Positions 50,360-61,062 of a DNA stretch of 64,000 nt are shown in pieces. The notes under the pieces are model-generated. The model saw only the letters and a list, made by a program, of their open reading frames with translations. It ran no database searches and was not told the origin of the DNA. Origin of the DNA: a virus (taxonomy: Duplodnaviria; Caudoviricetes); IMG/VR virus record IMGVR_UViG_3300028048_002144, one strand, 5' to 3'. Position 1 is the first letter of the stretch. The number at the start of each line of letters is the position of its first letter. The position numbers were made by a program, and so were the translations under genes.

Positions 50360-52606
50360 TTATTCTCCCTTTTTCACCATTTTCACTAATTCATCTTCAG
50401 TAATAATAGGAATACCAAGTTCTTTTGCTTTCTTGTTTTTACTAGAAGTAGAATTTACATCATTGTTAACAAGATAAGATGTTTTCTTTGATACTGAACT
50501 TGTTGTCTTACCACCAAGTCCCTCAATCCAGGCATAGAGCGCATCTCGATTGTTAAATCTGATTACAGAACCAGTACAGCAGAAGGTTAATCCTTCAAAA
50601 GGCATTTCATTACTACTTTTATTTTCTTCTACAGTAAATGGCTCAATTTCAAGTTCTTCGTATAAACCCTTGAATGTTTCGTTATATCCGCTATCAATAT
50701 CAAAAATAGCCGGTAGAGATTCGCTGATCCAATTCTTTAGATTAGTTACAATAACTGGTCCAAAACCTTCGATACTTGAGAAATCATAGCCGCAATCATA
50801 CATATTCATTAAAACTTTGAAATAATCAAAACCATTAGGCTCATTATGTCCAGTTTTTTCAACAGCATGTCTTGTTACTGATTCAATTTCTTTCTTTAAG
50901 AGTTTTACCTGACCATGACCAATATTAGGAATACCCTGTGCCACTAGAATACGCTCAAAGGTCGTTTTACGACTCTTATTAATAGCATCTACCATTTTCT
51001 TGGCTGATGTTTTACCCCAGCCTTCCTGGGCTTCTAGCGACTCTCCCCAGATGTTTGCGATATGCCCTTTGTTGATATATTCGTTCGCCATAAAGTATAG
51101 TTCTTCTGGGCCATCTCCTTCAATGAAATCATTTTCCATTAGGAAACGAATCATCTCTACAGATACACCATCAATATTCATCTGGTTTCTACCACAGAAA
51201 TATTCAAACTGATGCAGCTTTCTTTCCGAACAATCATTATTACTACAGAAATAATCTACTGATCCATGATTCTCGATTGGTTCTCCGCAGAATGGACAAG
51301 TATTTGGTACCTCATATACAGCCTTTGGTTCACGATAAATAGTATCTGTAAGCTTAGGAATAATTTCCCCAGACTTAATAATTCCATATACTCCACCAAT
51401 TCCAATATGGTGTTCACGAATATAATCCATATTATTAAGTGTTACACGATTTACTTCAGTTCCACAAATCTGTAGTGGCTTACCGGTTTCATCATCACAT
51501 ACAACTCCTGTAAATGATAATTTTCCTGTTCTTCCAATACCTACTTCAACATCCATTAAACGTGCTCTTTTTTCACTCTGTGGATACTTATATGCAATAT
51601 GCCCAGCACTGTACTTTGATGTGCCTTTGAAATCTTCCTGGTATGTTTTCTGATCAATCTTAACTACTGCTCCATCAATATCATAAGATAACTTATCTCT
51701 TGTTGATTCAATGAAGTTAATAATTGTATCAATGTCTTCAAAGTCTTTACCATACTGGCAATTAACAATAGGGAATCCACATTCCTTCAATGCAAGCAAT
51801 CCGTTTATCTGTGATTTTGTAAGAATATCATTACTAGCTCCTTCAACTTTCTGTACATTAAAAATGAACATTGAAAGGCCTCGTTCTCTTACAAGTGTTG
51901 CATCTTTCTGGCGTAAAGTTCCTGCTGCTAAATTTCTAGGGTTTGCAGCTGGCTTATCTGGGTGTGCCTTATTGTAGCGTTCGAAGTTTTCTTTAGACAT
52001 GTATACTTCTCCACGAACCTGAAACTCATCTCCAAGTACATCATGTGGTAAAGCGCCTCCAATTCTATCATTATGTGAAAAAATAATAACAGGAGGGATA
52101 TCTTCTATCTGAAGATTTTCAGTAACGTCTTCACCAATAAAACCATTACCTCGTGTTTCAGCAAGCACCAAGCGATACTGATCCTGGTACATTTCATCTG
52201 GGTCTCCAAGCACGGGCGTTTCTACATACTGATAACGAAGGGTGCAGGATAACCCATCAATTTTATGTTCAACTGAAAATTCAGCATCTGGGTGAACCGC
52301 CTTTACAGCTTCTACCCATTCCTTTACACTTTCCTTATCGAATACATCTTCAATAGATAGCATAGGCACATCATGTTCTACTTTCGCAAATTTAGATGAT
52401 GCTGTGCCACCTATTTTCTGAGTAATAGAATTGTCTGTTACCCATTCTGGATGTTCTTTTTCAGCTAACTTAATTTTTCTCATAAGCTGATCGTATTCAA
52501 AATCTGATACTAACGGTGCATCCTGGTTATAATACGCATCTGCGTATTTATCCGCTTTTTTTAGCATTTCCTTATAATCGTTTTTTGTTAGTTCTGTCTT
52601 TGACAT
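50360..52606 (-). CDS. ligA: NAD-dependent DNA ligase
   Basis: YY..D.EYD, PMLS, EHKIDG, TRGNG..GEDVT, ANPRNLAAG, C4 zinc finger, BRCT (SVSKKTSYLV). Confidence 0.95.
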   Translation of the reverse strand: MSKTELTKNDYKEMLKKADKYADAYYNQDAPLVSDFEYDQLMRKIKLAEKEHPEWVTDNSITQKIGGTASSKFAKVEHDVPMLSIEDVFDKESVKEWVEAVKAVHPDAEFSVEHKIDGLSCTLRYQYVETPVLGDPDEMYQDQYRLVLAETRGNGFIGEDVTENLQIEDIPPVIIFSHNDRIGGALPHDVLGDEFQVRGEVYMSKENFERYNKAHPDKPAANPRNLAAGTLRQKDATLVRERGLSMFIFNVQKVEGASNDILTKSQINGLLALKECGFPIVNCQYGKDFEDIDTIINFIESTRDKLSYDIDGAVVKIDQKTYQEDFKGTSKYSAGHIAYKYPQSEKRARLMDVEVGIGRTGKLSFTGVVCDDETGKPLQICGTEVNRVTLNNMDYIREHHIGIGGVYGIIKSGEIIPKLTDTIYREPKAVYEVPNTCPFCGEPIENHGSVDYFCSNNDCSERKLHQFEYFCGRNQMNIDGVSVEMIRFLMENDFIEGDGPEELYFMANEYINKGHIANIWGESLEAQEGWGKTSAKKMVDAINKSRKTTFERILVAQGIPNIGHGQVKLLKKEIESVTRHAVEKTGHNEPNGFDYFKVLMNMYDCGYDFSSIEGFGPVIVTNLKNWISESLPAIFDIDSGYNETFKGLYEELEIEPFTVEENKSSNEMPFEGLTFCCTGSVIRFNNRDALYAWIEGLGGKTTSSVSKKTSYLVNNDVNSTSSKNKKAKELGIPIITEDELVKMVKKGE

Positions 52607-52700
52607 ATGTTTCTCCTTTCATACTTTAAAACTACTATTAATATGAATTATTTTTAAACATAAAAAAGCTAGGTACTAACTATACCTAGCTTTATAATCC

Positions 52701-53205
52701 TTATATAAAATTTGATACAGACATTCCTGGTGCATTCCACGGTGATGATGGGCCATAATCTCCACTTGTTGCTGATGTATACTCATGCACATCTTCTTCA
52801 TCTTCAATTTCGGCTACTCGCACAAACTCAATCAAGCCTGGAATTACATAGCCACAATCTAAAGTGACATATTCATCGTATTCCTTGAGCGTTTCGTCAA
52901 GTTCGTTCTCTGGAATAGCTCCCATGATCTGATATACAACATCTGCGAAATGCTTTTCATCACATCTATCCTTAATGTCATGGAAAACACCTTCTAACAA
53001 TGCTGAAATATCATCTGAGTCAATATCGTCTTTACCGATTTCGACAATATGTGCATATGGCATTACTCCATCATTTGTTGTATGATACTGCATAAGTGCT
53101 ATATTCTGAAAAATTTCTACCTCAGAATTACTAATAGGGTAATACCTATCTCTCGCAACCTTTTTTGAATGATTCGATCTGTTCTGTATTTGTAACTCTA
53201 TCCAT
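52701..53205 (-). pseudogene. Hypothetical gene frameshifted at an A6 run
   Basis: SD + ATG at 53205 stops after 19 codons; removing one A at 53161-53166 joins it to ORF 52701..53093. Confidence 0.6.
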
Positions 53206-53280
53206 TCTATTCTCCTTTCAGTTATTAGATATCTAGCTAAAATATGAATGATTTTTTATAACAAAAAACTACCTAGATAA

Positions 53281-53424
53281 CTAGGTAGTTTTGGGCTTGT
53301 AATCAGATTTTACAATCGTATCCATTTTCTTTATTTCCATTATAGCATGCAACATTTTGTTAGCAGTATTTTTCGATACATTAAATTCTTTTGATAATAG
53401 TTCTTTCCATTCGTTATTTGTCAT
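53281..53424 (-). CDS. Small hypothetical protein
   Basis: MTNNEWKELL behind AAGGAGG. Confidence 0.55.
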   Translation of the reverse strand: MTNNEWKELLSKEFNVSKNTANKMLHAIMEIKKMDTIVKSDYKPKTT

Positions 53425-53438
53425 AAGGATTTCCTCCT

Positions 53439-54227
53439 TTAATAGATAACCATCGCTCTTCTTCCCATAGCATTCCATACATTCTCAAACGTACCACGGT
53501 TAATAGTCTGCTTACCGTAAATAGGATCTGTAGTATATACATTATTATCATCAAATCCAGATAGTACAATACAATGTAGATTTGAATATCTTCCATTTCT
53601 TGCATATCTTGGTGACTGATAACGAAGTGTAATCCATACAACTACAGGATTTCCGTTTCGAATCTGATTATATAATGCACTTACATCTGATCCAGATAGA
53701 TTCTGTGTACTAATTCCCGTAGCATTTGAAGCATTATAATTATTTACTGTCTGCTGCAATACTGGAGCAAAACAATACCATCCAGTATTATCTCGTGGGT
53801 TTCCTATAAATATACTATTAGGATCTCCCTGACCTTTAGGTAGGTAATAATCAGCCATCGTACACTTATCTACGCCATAACCTTTATAGTTCATTACTTC
53901 TGTAAGAGAAGTTACCTCACATCCATTAGGAAGTTCTGGGTTCTGCATGATTAGTGGTACTGGCAAATTATAACTTTCTGTTACTGGTGCAGGAGCCTGG
54001 GCCTGAGTTCTTACTGCAGCAGTTCTTCTTCTCGTAGCCTGAGTAGTAATCTTTTTAGCTTCTTCTGCCTTCTTTAACTCTTCAGCTTTCTTTACTTCCT
54101 CGGCCTGTTTTGCCTCTGCAACAGTCTGAATGTTTTTATTTGCAGTCTGTAACATTGTGTTGTTACTTGTACTTACGATCATTGTTACTGCTAATGTCAA
54201 TAATGTTTTAATTAATATTTTTGTCAT
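53439..54227 (-). CDS. Secreted C39-like (YvpB-type) cysteine peptidase
   Basis: Signal peptide; QNPELPNGCEVTSL, HCIVLSGFD, TDP; own motif and SD at 54227 (frame stays open to 54509). Confidence 0.85.
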   Translation of the reverse strand: MTKILIKTLLTLAVTMIVSTSNNTMLQTANKNIQTVAEAKQAEEVKKAEELKKAEEAKKITTQATRRRTAAVRTQAQAPAPVTESYNLPVPLIMQNPELPNGCEVTSLTEVMNYKGYGVDKCTMADYYLPKGQGDPNSIFIGNPRDNTGWYCFAPVLQQTVNNYNASNATGISTQNLSGSDVSALYNQIRNGNPVVVWITLRYQSPRYARNGRYSNLHCIVLSGFDDNNVYTTDPIYGKQTINRGTFENVWNAMGRRAMVIY

Positions 54228-54648
54228 GTCATTCTCCTTTCTCTTAAAACATCTAATTTCAATATGAAAGAAAAATGTGCAATTTTGCTTTTTAAATATT
54301 AATTTTTTATAAATAAAATATATAAGACAAAATAGCCCTATAAGACATAATATTTTTACGTTAGGATCCACAGATTCTATGAACATTTTTATTTGTGGGA
54401 TAATTAAAAACATAGAATAGACTGTATCTACGATAGCTTTTATATCTTCTATAATGTCTTTTATTTTTGAGATAAATTTTATGGTTTCTATAATTTTGTT
54501 TATAATCATGCTGGGTTACCTCCATAATTCTTTTTGCGGGCCTATCCCCTCTATAAGTAATTATGGTAAAAACTCAGCAAGGCACGAAAAAACTCCCATC
54601 ACGTATATCAGAATTGATATATGATGAGAGTTTTTAGATTATGCTTTA

Positions 54649-55494
54649 TTATTCAAAATGTGCGCCATCTAATAAATCAGCATATTCTTCGTCTAACAAT
54701 TTAACGTATTCTTTAGACTCAACATAGTCTTTAAAGATTTGTCGTAAAAATTTCTTCTTTTCTTCTTCGTCTTCTGGCATTGAATCAGTTTTATAACCCT
54801 TCTTTGAAAGATAATCAGGAAGGTTCTCCAAAAAATTAAAATATTCACTTTTAATATAAATCTCTGAATTAGGAGCCAAGTATTTTGTTATAATACCTGT
54901 TAAGTGCCAATCGAACCAATTAGATTCTTCATACACTTTTCTATTTATAATATCTCTGAGTTCAACCCATACAATAGTATGATATCTGTTGTGCTTATGA
55001 ACCATGTTATACCTATAATCATCATAAGTTACCACTTCAACAGCATAACATATAACTGCTAATACAATAATCAAAATTATTATACTTGCAATAATCTCAT
55101 TTGTTGCTGCTATTGGCATAATGAAGAACAATAATGCTAAAAGCAAAAAGTGTATTGCGCAAGAAATAAGTGTAGTATAAAAACTAACCTTATTGTCTAT
55201 ATTTTCTTCCTCATCCATATTGTATCTATAGAAAATTTGAGACTCACCTGAGTTAAAGCAAATTGTGCCAATTTCCATAATTTTAGGTTTACATGATGCT
55301 GCTTTTTCGATACATACCTTTATTGGCATAATTAGAATAAATGCAATTAAGCCAACTGCTAAAACGCCAGCCAGGATCAGACTCACAAGAATTGCCTGCC
55401 AGTATAAAGCTTCTCCATAGTTTGATGTATTTAATGTTTTAATATTTTCTAAGTGTCTTACGCTATCCTGTAGCCAGTTAATATACTGTTCCAT
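54649..55494 (-). CDS. Membrane protein
   Basis: Three hydrophobic segments. Confidence 0.65.
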   Translation of the reverse strand: MEQYINWLQDSVRHLENIKTLNTSNYGEALYWQAILVSLILAGVLAVGLIAFILIMPIKVCIEKAASCKPKIMEIGTICFNSGESQIFYRYNMDEEENIDNKVSFYTTLISCAIHFLLLALLFFIMPIAATNEIIASIIILIIVLAVICYAVEVVTYDDYRYNMVHKHNRYHTIVWVELRDIINRKVYEESNWFDWHLTGIITKYLAPNSEIYIKSEYFNFLENLPDYLSKKGYKTDSMPEDEEEKKKFLRQIFKDYVESKEYVKLLDEEYADLLDGAHFE

Positions 55495-55514
55495 ATTTTT
55501 CTCCTCTATTTTTA

Positions 55515-56102
55515 TTATTTTCTGTACTTATTATTGTCTGTTACATACTCGTAAAGTTTCTGCTTATCAATATCCTTAATCGCTCTATATGTGTGATATA
55601 ACTCAAACATAATGCGATTTACGATATTGTTTGTATCTAATCCAGCAGCAGATACAACGTCATTTACTTTACCGATAGGAAACTTTACGTCTTTGCATAC
55701 TGCGTAGACGATTTTATTTTTGAATTCGTCTCTTTCAACATAAATAACAATAGTTCCATTATCATATGCTTCTTTTACTTCATCTTCTGTTAACTTCTGC
55801 ACGTTTGCCTGGAAGTAAATTCTTTCTGCGATCTCTGAAAGCTGCTTGAATAAAGTGGAGTCATCTTTAATTGCATAAATATCATCCCAATCTCTCGGTG
55901 TGATTGCCTGGTAAGAATTGCCAGTATCAAACTCTAAGCAATTAATACACATCCATTTGATATCTGCTCCAAAATCTAAATACTCATGCTTAACTTCATA
56001 AGCATGCTTTGTATCTAAAGAATTTAGAAGAGATATTAAAGCAAACAGTTTTCTTTTCATAAACTCATTTTCAGTTGTACTTTCGTTTAATTCTCTATTC
56101 AT
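55515..56102 (-). CDS. Hypothetical protein
   Basis: ORF with SD. Confidence 0.65.
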   Translation of the reverse strand: MNRELNESTTENEFMKRKLFALISLLNSLDTKHAYEVKHEYLDFGADIKWMCINCLEFDTGNSYQAITPRDWDDIYAIKDDSTLFKQLSEIAERIYFQANVQKLTEDEVKEAYDNGTIVIYVERDEFKNKIVYAVCKDVKFPIGKVNDVVSAAGLDTNNIVNRIMFELYHTYRAIKDIDKQKLYEYVTDNNKYRK

Positions 56103-56159
56103 AGTTTTCTCCTAAAAAATAACACCCTAGATCATTACTCTAGGGTGTTTCTCCAATTA

Positions 56160-56981
56160 TTACATTGCTAAAAAATCAATGTTAGTTACGTTTACTACTT
56201 TTAAGATCTTTTGACCTACTGGTCCGATTTTTCTTGCTGAATAATTCCAATCAAGAATAAATTCGACTACAGAACCATCACCTTGAAAATTAAGATCTCG
56301 TACTTCTACGTTCCTATTTCCCGTATCAGTACCAAGAACAAAGTTTTCTCCAGTGTCTACATCTACTAATCTTGTTTCCATACCGCCTACATGATATCTA
56401 TGGCTGCTATCTGTATGTCTATCAGATTTTAAATCTCCAACTATACACTTTAAAATAGTACCATCTTCATATAGGACATCAATCTTATCTCCTACGTTCT
56501 TTGCGTAGCCAGTACCTACTGCAATTAGATATCTATCACCTAGTTTTACATAACCGTTAGGATCAGTATAAATACCAGGATTTAATAGCTGCTGATACTG
56601 CGCTGATGTTTTCTTTGTGATATTCTGTCTGTACTCATAGGAAAATGCATCTGAACGACAAAGAGCTTCGTTATTAGGCACGTTATAAGCTGAAGACATT
56701 ACATAATTTGTTTCATTCTCTTCGGCTTTCTTTGCTCTCATTTTATTTACAACTTCGTCACTTGCCATATATGTACCAACCTTTACGATACCTTCTGTAT
56801 CTATAGAAGGTTCATTTGTAGGTGTTAGATGAAATGTTACTCCAGCTCTTGTGTTGTGATGTATCTTATTGGTTACTCCTGCGGTAGGAGCATTGAGTTT
56901 CTCTGTAGCATTTACATTTAGCATATTCATATTCGTTAGTATAGTTAAAGACAAAAATAATATTACTTTATTTCTTTTCAT
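56160..56981 (-). CDS. Secreted hypothetical protein (possible cell-wall-acting domain)
   Basis: Signal peptide; RYLIAVGT..VGDKIDV..CIVGDLK. Confidence 0.6.
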   Translation of the reverse strand: MKRNKVILFLSLTILTNMNMLNVNATEKLNAPTAGVTNKIHHNTRAGVTFHLTPTNEPSIDTEGIVKVGTYMASDEVVNKMRAKKAEENETNYVMSSAYNVPNNEALCRSDAFSYEYRQNITKKTSAQYQQLLNPGIYTDPNGYVKLGDRYLIAVGTGYAKNVGDKIDVLYEDGTILKCIVGDLKSDRHTDSSHRYHVGGMETRLVDVDTGENFVLGTDTGNRNVEVRDLNFQGDGSVVEFILDWNYSARKIGPVGQKILKVVNVTNIDFLAM

Positions 56982-57163
56982 AAATTCCTCTTATTACTTT
57001 CTTGTTGCTTTTTTGTAGTTGCATATTAAATATGACAGAATTGTTAAATTGTTACATTTGTATTTCTTTCTACTCCTTTCATTCTTTGGAAAATCATATT
57101 TAATATGAACGATTTTTAAGATAAAAAAATACCCTGGAATGATACCCAGGGTATTTGCTATAA

Positions 57164-58046
57164 CTACTGATTGCTTCTCATATCTACAATTGGTGATGAG
57201 TCTCCACTAACTTTAGGAAGTACACCATCCCATTTCTCGATATACTGCTTCTTGATGACATTGTCTGACAGGCTCTGATTAAGTTTTGTATTTGCTTCTG
57301 CTTCAGCATCTGCTTCAATCTTAATCTTATTAGCCTTTGCCTTAGCTTTAATTTCTGTTGCCTTTGCATCAGCTTCAGCCTTATCTACATTTGTCTTATT
57401 CTCAATTGCCTGCTGCTCAGCCTTCTGCTGTGCTTTGATCTTATTATTAATTGCTTTCTCTGTCTGCGCATCTACATCAATATTGATAAGTGATACATTA
57501 GAAACTCTAATTCCATATGAATCAAATTTTTTCTCAAGATACTTTGTAAGTTCCTTATTTACATCAGCTCTCTTTGTACCACGCATATCAGCTACTGGGT
57601 ATTTTGCAATTACTTCCTTTGACCAAGAAACGATATTCGGCTTAATGAATGTATCTTTAATCTGTTCACCGCTTCTACCTTTGAACCTAGTGAACACATC
57701 TGTTACCTGGTCAGCGTCATACTGGTATGTAAAAGTCAAATCAATTGATACTGTCTTTCCTTCTGAAGATGATGCAGTAAAACGTTCATTTTTTTTCTGA
57801 ATCGCCACGATCATTCTTAGTAAGATAAGACTGCTCAATACCAATTGTATATTTTGTTACATGCTTTGTTGGTGCAATTAAATGCCAGCCCTGTGAAAGA
57901 GGTCTCTTTTCTACACCACCATTCATGTTATACACGATTCCTACATAACCAGCTGGGATCTTTACTGTACAAATCATTAGCATGATTATACAAAATACAA
58001 TTCCTACGCCTGCAACAATAGCTCCAATTAAACCTTTTGTCGCCAT
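57164..58046 (-). pseudogene. SPFH/prohibitin (band 7) protein split by a frameshift at an A8 run
   Basis: KIPAGYVGIVY..GWH in one frame, SSEGK..IDL..AE.EAEAN..KWDG.LP in the next; break at 57789-57796. Confidence 0.85.
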
Positions 58047-58104
58047 AAAGCATTTCCTTTCTAGTAAGGTAAGTTTTTACTATTCATACCAATTTAGAAA
58101 AAGT

Positions 58105-58497
58105 CTACATGAAAAATAAAAAGGTCAAAATGCCTATTAGAACAATTTCTACAATAGGTCTAATTACTAAATTCTTCTTTCTCTTTTTAGCATATTTAAG
58201 CAGCTCTACATTTTTATTGTTTCCAGCATCTACACTATAACAAACTTTAACTTCATCGCCCTTTTTATATGGGATAGTATCGTATACGGTATATTTCTCT
58301 GTATTGTTTACGAGAATATCAATCGTATAGATTGTGTAGTTTATCTTTTTGTACTCTACACCCTTCTTACAAGCGGCAACTTTACCCACTACTTCTTTAC
58401 CGTTTTTATAACGCATATATCCTTTATAATGGTTATAAAGTTTTAGTGTGTTTATAAACAAAAAGAATGTTACAATCGCTTCAATTATATATGCCAT
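58105..58497 (-). CDS. Two-TM membrane protein
   Basis: N- and C-terminal TMs. Confidence 0.6.
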   Translation of the reverse strand: MAYIIEAIVTFFLFINTLKLYNHYKGYMRYKNGKEVVGKVAACKKGVEYKKINYTIYTIDILVNNTEKYTVYDTIPYKKGDEVKVCYSVDAGNNKNVELLKYAKKRKKNLVIRPIVEIVLIGILTFLFFM

Positions 58498-58544
58498 AAA
58501 AATTCCTCTCTTTTTACATTATTTTTCTCTATTTTGTTTGGGAG

Positions 58545-59366
58545 TTAGTTACTGAATGTTTTACAAGGCTGTTCTATTACTTGATACGTTTTACCTACGG
58601 TATCAGCTACAACATAGCTGCAATCCCCGTATTTGCTCTTATTTCGGTGTGTAGAATGAGTATCGCAAATTATCATTGTAGAATTGTTTTTATCGTTATT
58701 TAGTTTAAGAACATGTCTTTGTGGAGTATGACCGACTATCTGGTATGTATTTGGTAATAAAAATTTCGTATATCTATCATCTTCTACTCTGATCCAAATA
58801 GGTGAAATATCATCCCACAATTCCTTTGATCTACATTTATTGATTCTGTCTACAATGTGATCAATATCTATGTTTGGAATTTTATATGTTTTATCTGGGT
58901 TAGATAGTACATTTGAATACCACTCAACAACTATATCATCCAGACCATTAAAATATATGAATGGGATACTAACACCAGCATGCGAGAAAAGAATATTATC
59001 TATCTTATTTACGAAATTCATATTTTCACCAAGCAAGTGTTTTAACACCCTTAATTTCTCTCTTATTAACTTTTCTACCTGGATACTATCTGATGTTCCA
59101 GACTGCCATTTATGCCATATATAAGAGATATCATGATTTCCAATACAGAAATATACACTATGTGACTCTTTATATTCTTTACAGAAGTTAATTAGAGAAT
59201 TTAATGTTTCTTCATACAGTTTAATATTTCTTTGTTCTCCAAAATCATCTACTATATCACCCAAGAATACAATTCCATCTATATCTGGAGTCGTGTCTAA
59301 GATATTTCTAGCATCTTCTATCATATATGGTTTTAGATGTATATCCGGAATTACTAATACTTTCAT
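58545..59366 (-). CDS. Metallophosphoesterase
   Basis: PDIH, LGDIVD, GNHD, SHAG, GHTP. Confidence 0.88.
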   Translation of the reverse strand: MKVLVIPDIHLKPYMIEDARNILDTTPDIDGIVFLGDIVDDFGEQRNIKLYEETLNSLINFCKEYKESHSVYFCIGNHDISYIWHKWQSGTSDSIQVEKLIREKLRVLKHLLGENMNFVNKIDNILFSHAGVSIPFIYFNGLDDIVVEWYSNVLSNPDKTYKIPNIDIDHIVDRINKCRSKELWDDISPIWIRVEDDRYTKFLLPNTYQIVGHTPQRHVLKLNNDKNNSTMIICDTHSTHRNKSKYGDCSYVVADTVGKTYQVIEQPCKTFSN

Positions 59367-59386
59367 GTATTTTCCTCTCCTATTAT

Positions 59387-59599
59387 CTAGTTATTATTTT
59401 CTTCATCAAAAAGTCCTAAAAAGTAAAATATAATTTTCATAGAAACCAAAACTATATCGAATCTCACAATAAAAAGAGCAACATTAGAAAGTAGGGAGCC
59501 GGTATATAAAAATATTACAAGCAAAGATGTGATGATTGCTTTAACACTATCAGCCAGCATTTCTTTCTCAAAATCACTAAAGTCCTTAAAATTAAGCAT
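59387..59599 (-). CDS. Small membrane protein
   Basis: Hydrophobic ORF. Confidence 0.5.
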   Translation of the reverse strand: MLNFKDFSDFEKEMLADSVKAIITSLLVIFLYTGSLLSNVALFIVRFDIVLVSMKIIFYFLGLFDEENNN

Positions 59600-59639
59600 A
59601 CTTTTGTATCTCTTTCTGTTACTTATTTCCCATTGAGTC

Positions 59640-59858
59640 CTATTCTCTTTCTATGCTTTCTTTTATTGCTTCCAAACAATTTATCAAACAAGAGAGCAAT
59701 CCAATTTTTTTATTTTTTCGAGCTATGTGCGTTTCACTTGAAAGATCTGAAATTTTAGGTCCTAGAAACGCTATTAGAAGTGTAGAAATTACACATATAA
59801 GTAACATAAGTAAAAATGAATATGGAGTTCCAGGTATCAACATCGTAGTATCTATCAT
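59640..59858 (-). CDS. Small membrane protein
   Basis: Hydrophobic ORF. Confidence 0.5.
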   Translation of the reverse strand: MIDTTMLIPGTPYSFLLMLLICVISTLLIAFLGPKISDLSSETHIARKNKKIGLLSCLINCLEAIKESIERE

Positions 59859-59879
59859 AATATTGCCTCTTAATCTTCA

Positions 59880-60323
59880 TCAAAAATATTTCTTAACTTC
59901 ATCGAAAGTTATTTCTTTACTTTCTCTTTCTGGATCACCTTTTATACAGCGTTCGTCAATGGTCTCAAAATCTTCATCGTTATCACCAAATTCCTCATCT
60001 TCAATTTCGACTAATTTATCAAATATAAATTTTACTATTTCTTCTTTGCATCTTTTTCTTGTCATGTTTTTTGCATCTATTTGACGAAGATAATTTTTAA
60101 TTTCTTTAGGCGTATCTATAGCGATGTAAATATTTCCTACCTGGGAATCTTCGTTGTTTGGATCTATATTCCCAAATGTTCCAGTAACACCGATCCCGTA
60201 ATCAGTTCCATAGAATTTTTTACAAGCTTTTGCCATTTCTACAGCTGTTGCAGATGAATATACTCCATACTTTTCTATTACATCTTTTGGTACACCATTT
60301 TTAATCTTTGCTTCATTAGGCTC
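59880..60323 (-). pseudogene. cinA: 5'-truncated CinA/PncC (NMN deamidase) gene
   Basis: NEAKIKNGVPKDVIEKYGVYS..AVEMA..GIGVTG; an in-frame TGA precedes it and the N-terminal ES(C/I)TGG part is absent. Confidence 0.7.
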
Positions 60324-60448
60324 TCATAAAATACGCCCATAAAAAGCATTATGGCAGTACCAATATAAAAAATAGCAATTTCAATACCTATTACATTTTC
60401 AGAAAAGACTGTTTTATTGATTTTCTTTTTTTCAGTTTTTGAGATCAT
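60278..60448 (-). CDS. 56-aa membrane ORF running out of frame into the cinA remnant
   Basis: SD AAGGAG; MISKTEKKK..IAIFYIGTAIMLFMGVF.. Confidence 0.5.
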   Translation of the reverse strand: MISKTEKKKINKTVFSENVIGIEIAIFYIGTAIMLFMGVFYESLMKQRLKMVYQKM

Positions 60449-60458
60449 GTTTAACTCC

Positions 60459-60959
60459 TTATTCTTTAACTATATTTGCTAATGGTTTCGTTCCGTTATA
60501 ATATTCCAAAGTTGGCTTACTTGGTATATCTACATCTTCTGCTATATAGTAGATTACATATCCATCTTTAATATCTTTTAATGAGTATTTATTATGCTTA
60601 CTTTTATCCTTAGTAACCTTTTCTTTTACCCGAGCATTTATTTCTTTAGTAGAATTATCCGATTCCTTAAATTTCATAATGACTTTTTTATTATTTGTAT
60701 TTACAGCGTTAACACTTACCAGATTATTTTTATTGTTAGCTGCATAATCATTTGCGCAAGACTTATTAACAGGAGGAAAACCAACCATAAGAACTCCATA
60801 AAGTATGGCAAACATTGATATTGTGGTAATTTTGTTATCTCCTTCAATCATTGATTTAATAAGAAAATAAATTCCTATCATACCAAAAACTAAACCTATT
60901 AGTCCAATCTCAAACATTTCATTTTTAGTTATTGTTCCATTTAATAATGCGTTTAACAT
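60459..60959 (-). CDS. Membrane protein
   Basis: Two N-terminal TMs. Confidence 0.6.
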   Translation of the reverse strand: MLNALLNGTITKNEMFEIGLIGLVFGMIGIYFLIKSMIEGDNKITTISMFAILYGVLMVGFPPVNKSCANDYAANNKNNLVSVNAVNTNNKKVIMKFKESDNSTKEINARVKEKVTKDKSKHNKYSLKDIKDGYVIYYIAEDVDIPSKPTLEYYNGTKPLANIVKE

Positions 60960-61062
60960 ATGTACTTTTTAACCTTCCTATACTGCCATTTTTACTTTGC
61001 CCTATTATTAATATGACTTGATATATCTTAATTATTTTGTTTTTGCTTAAATTTTTGCATTG

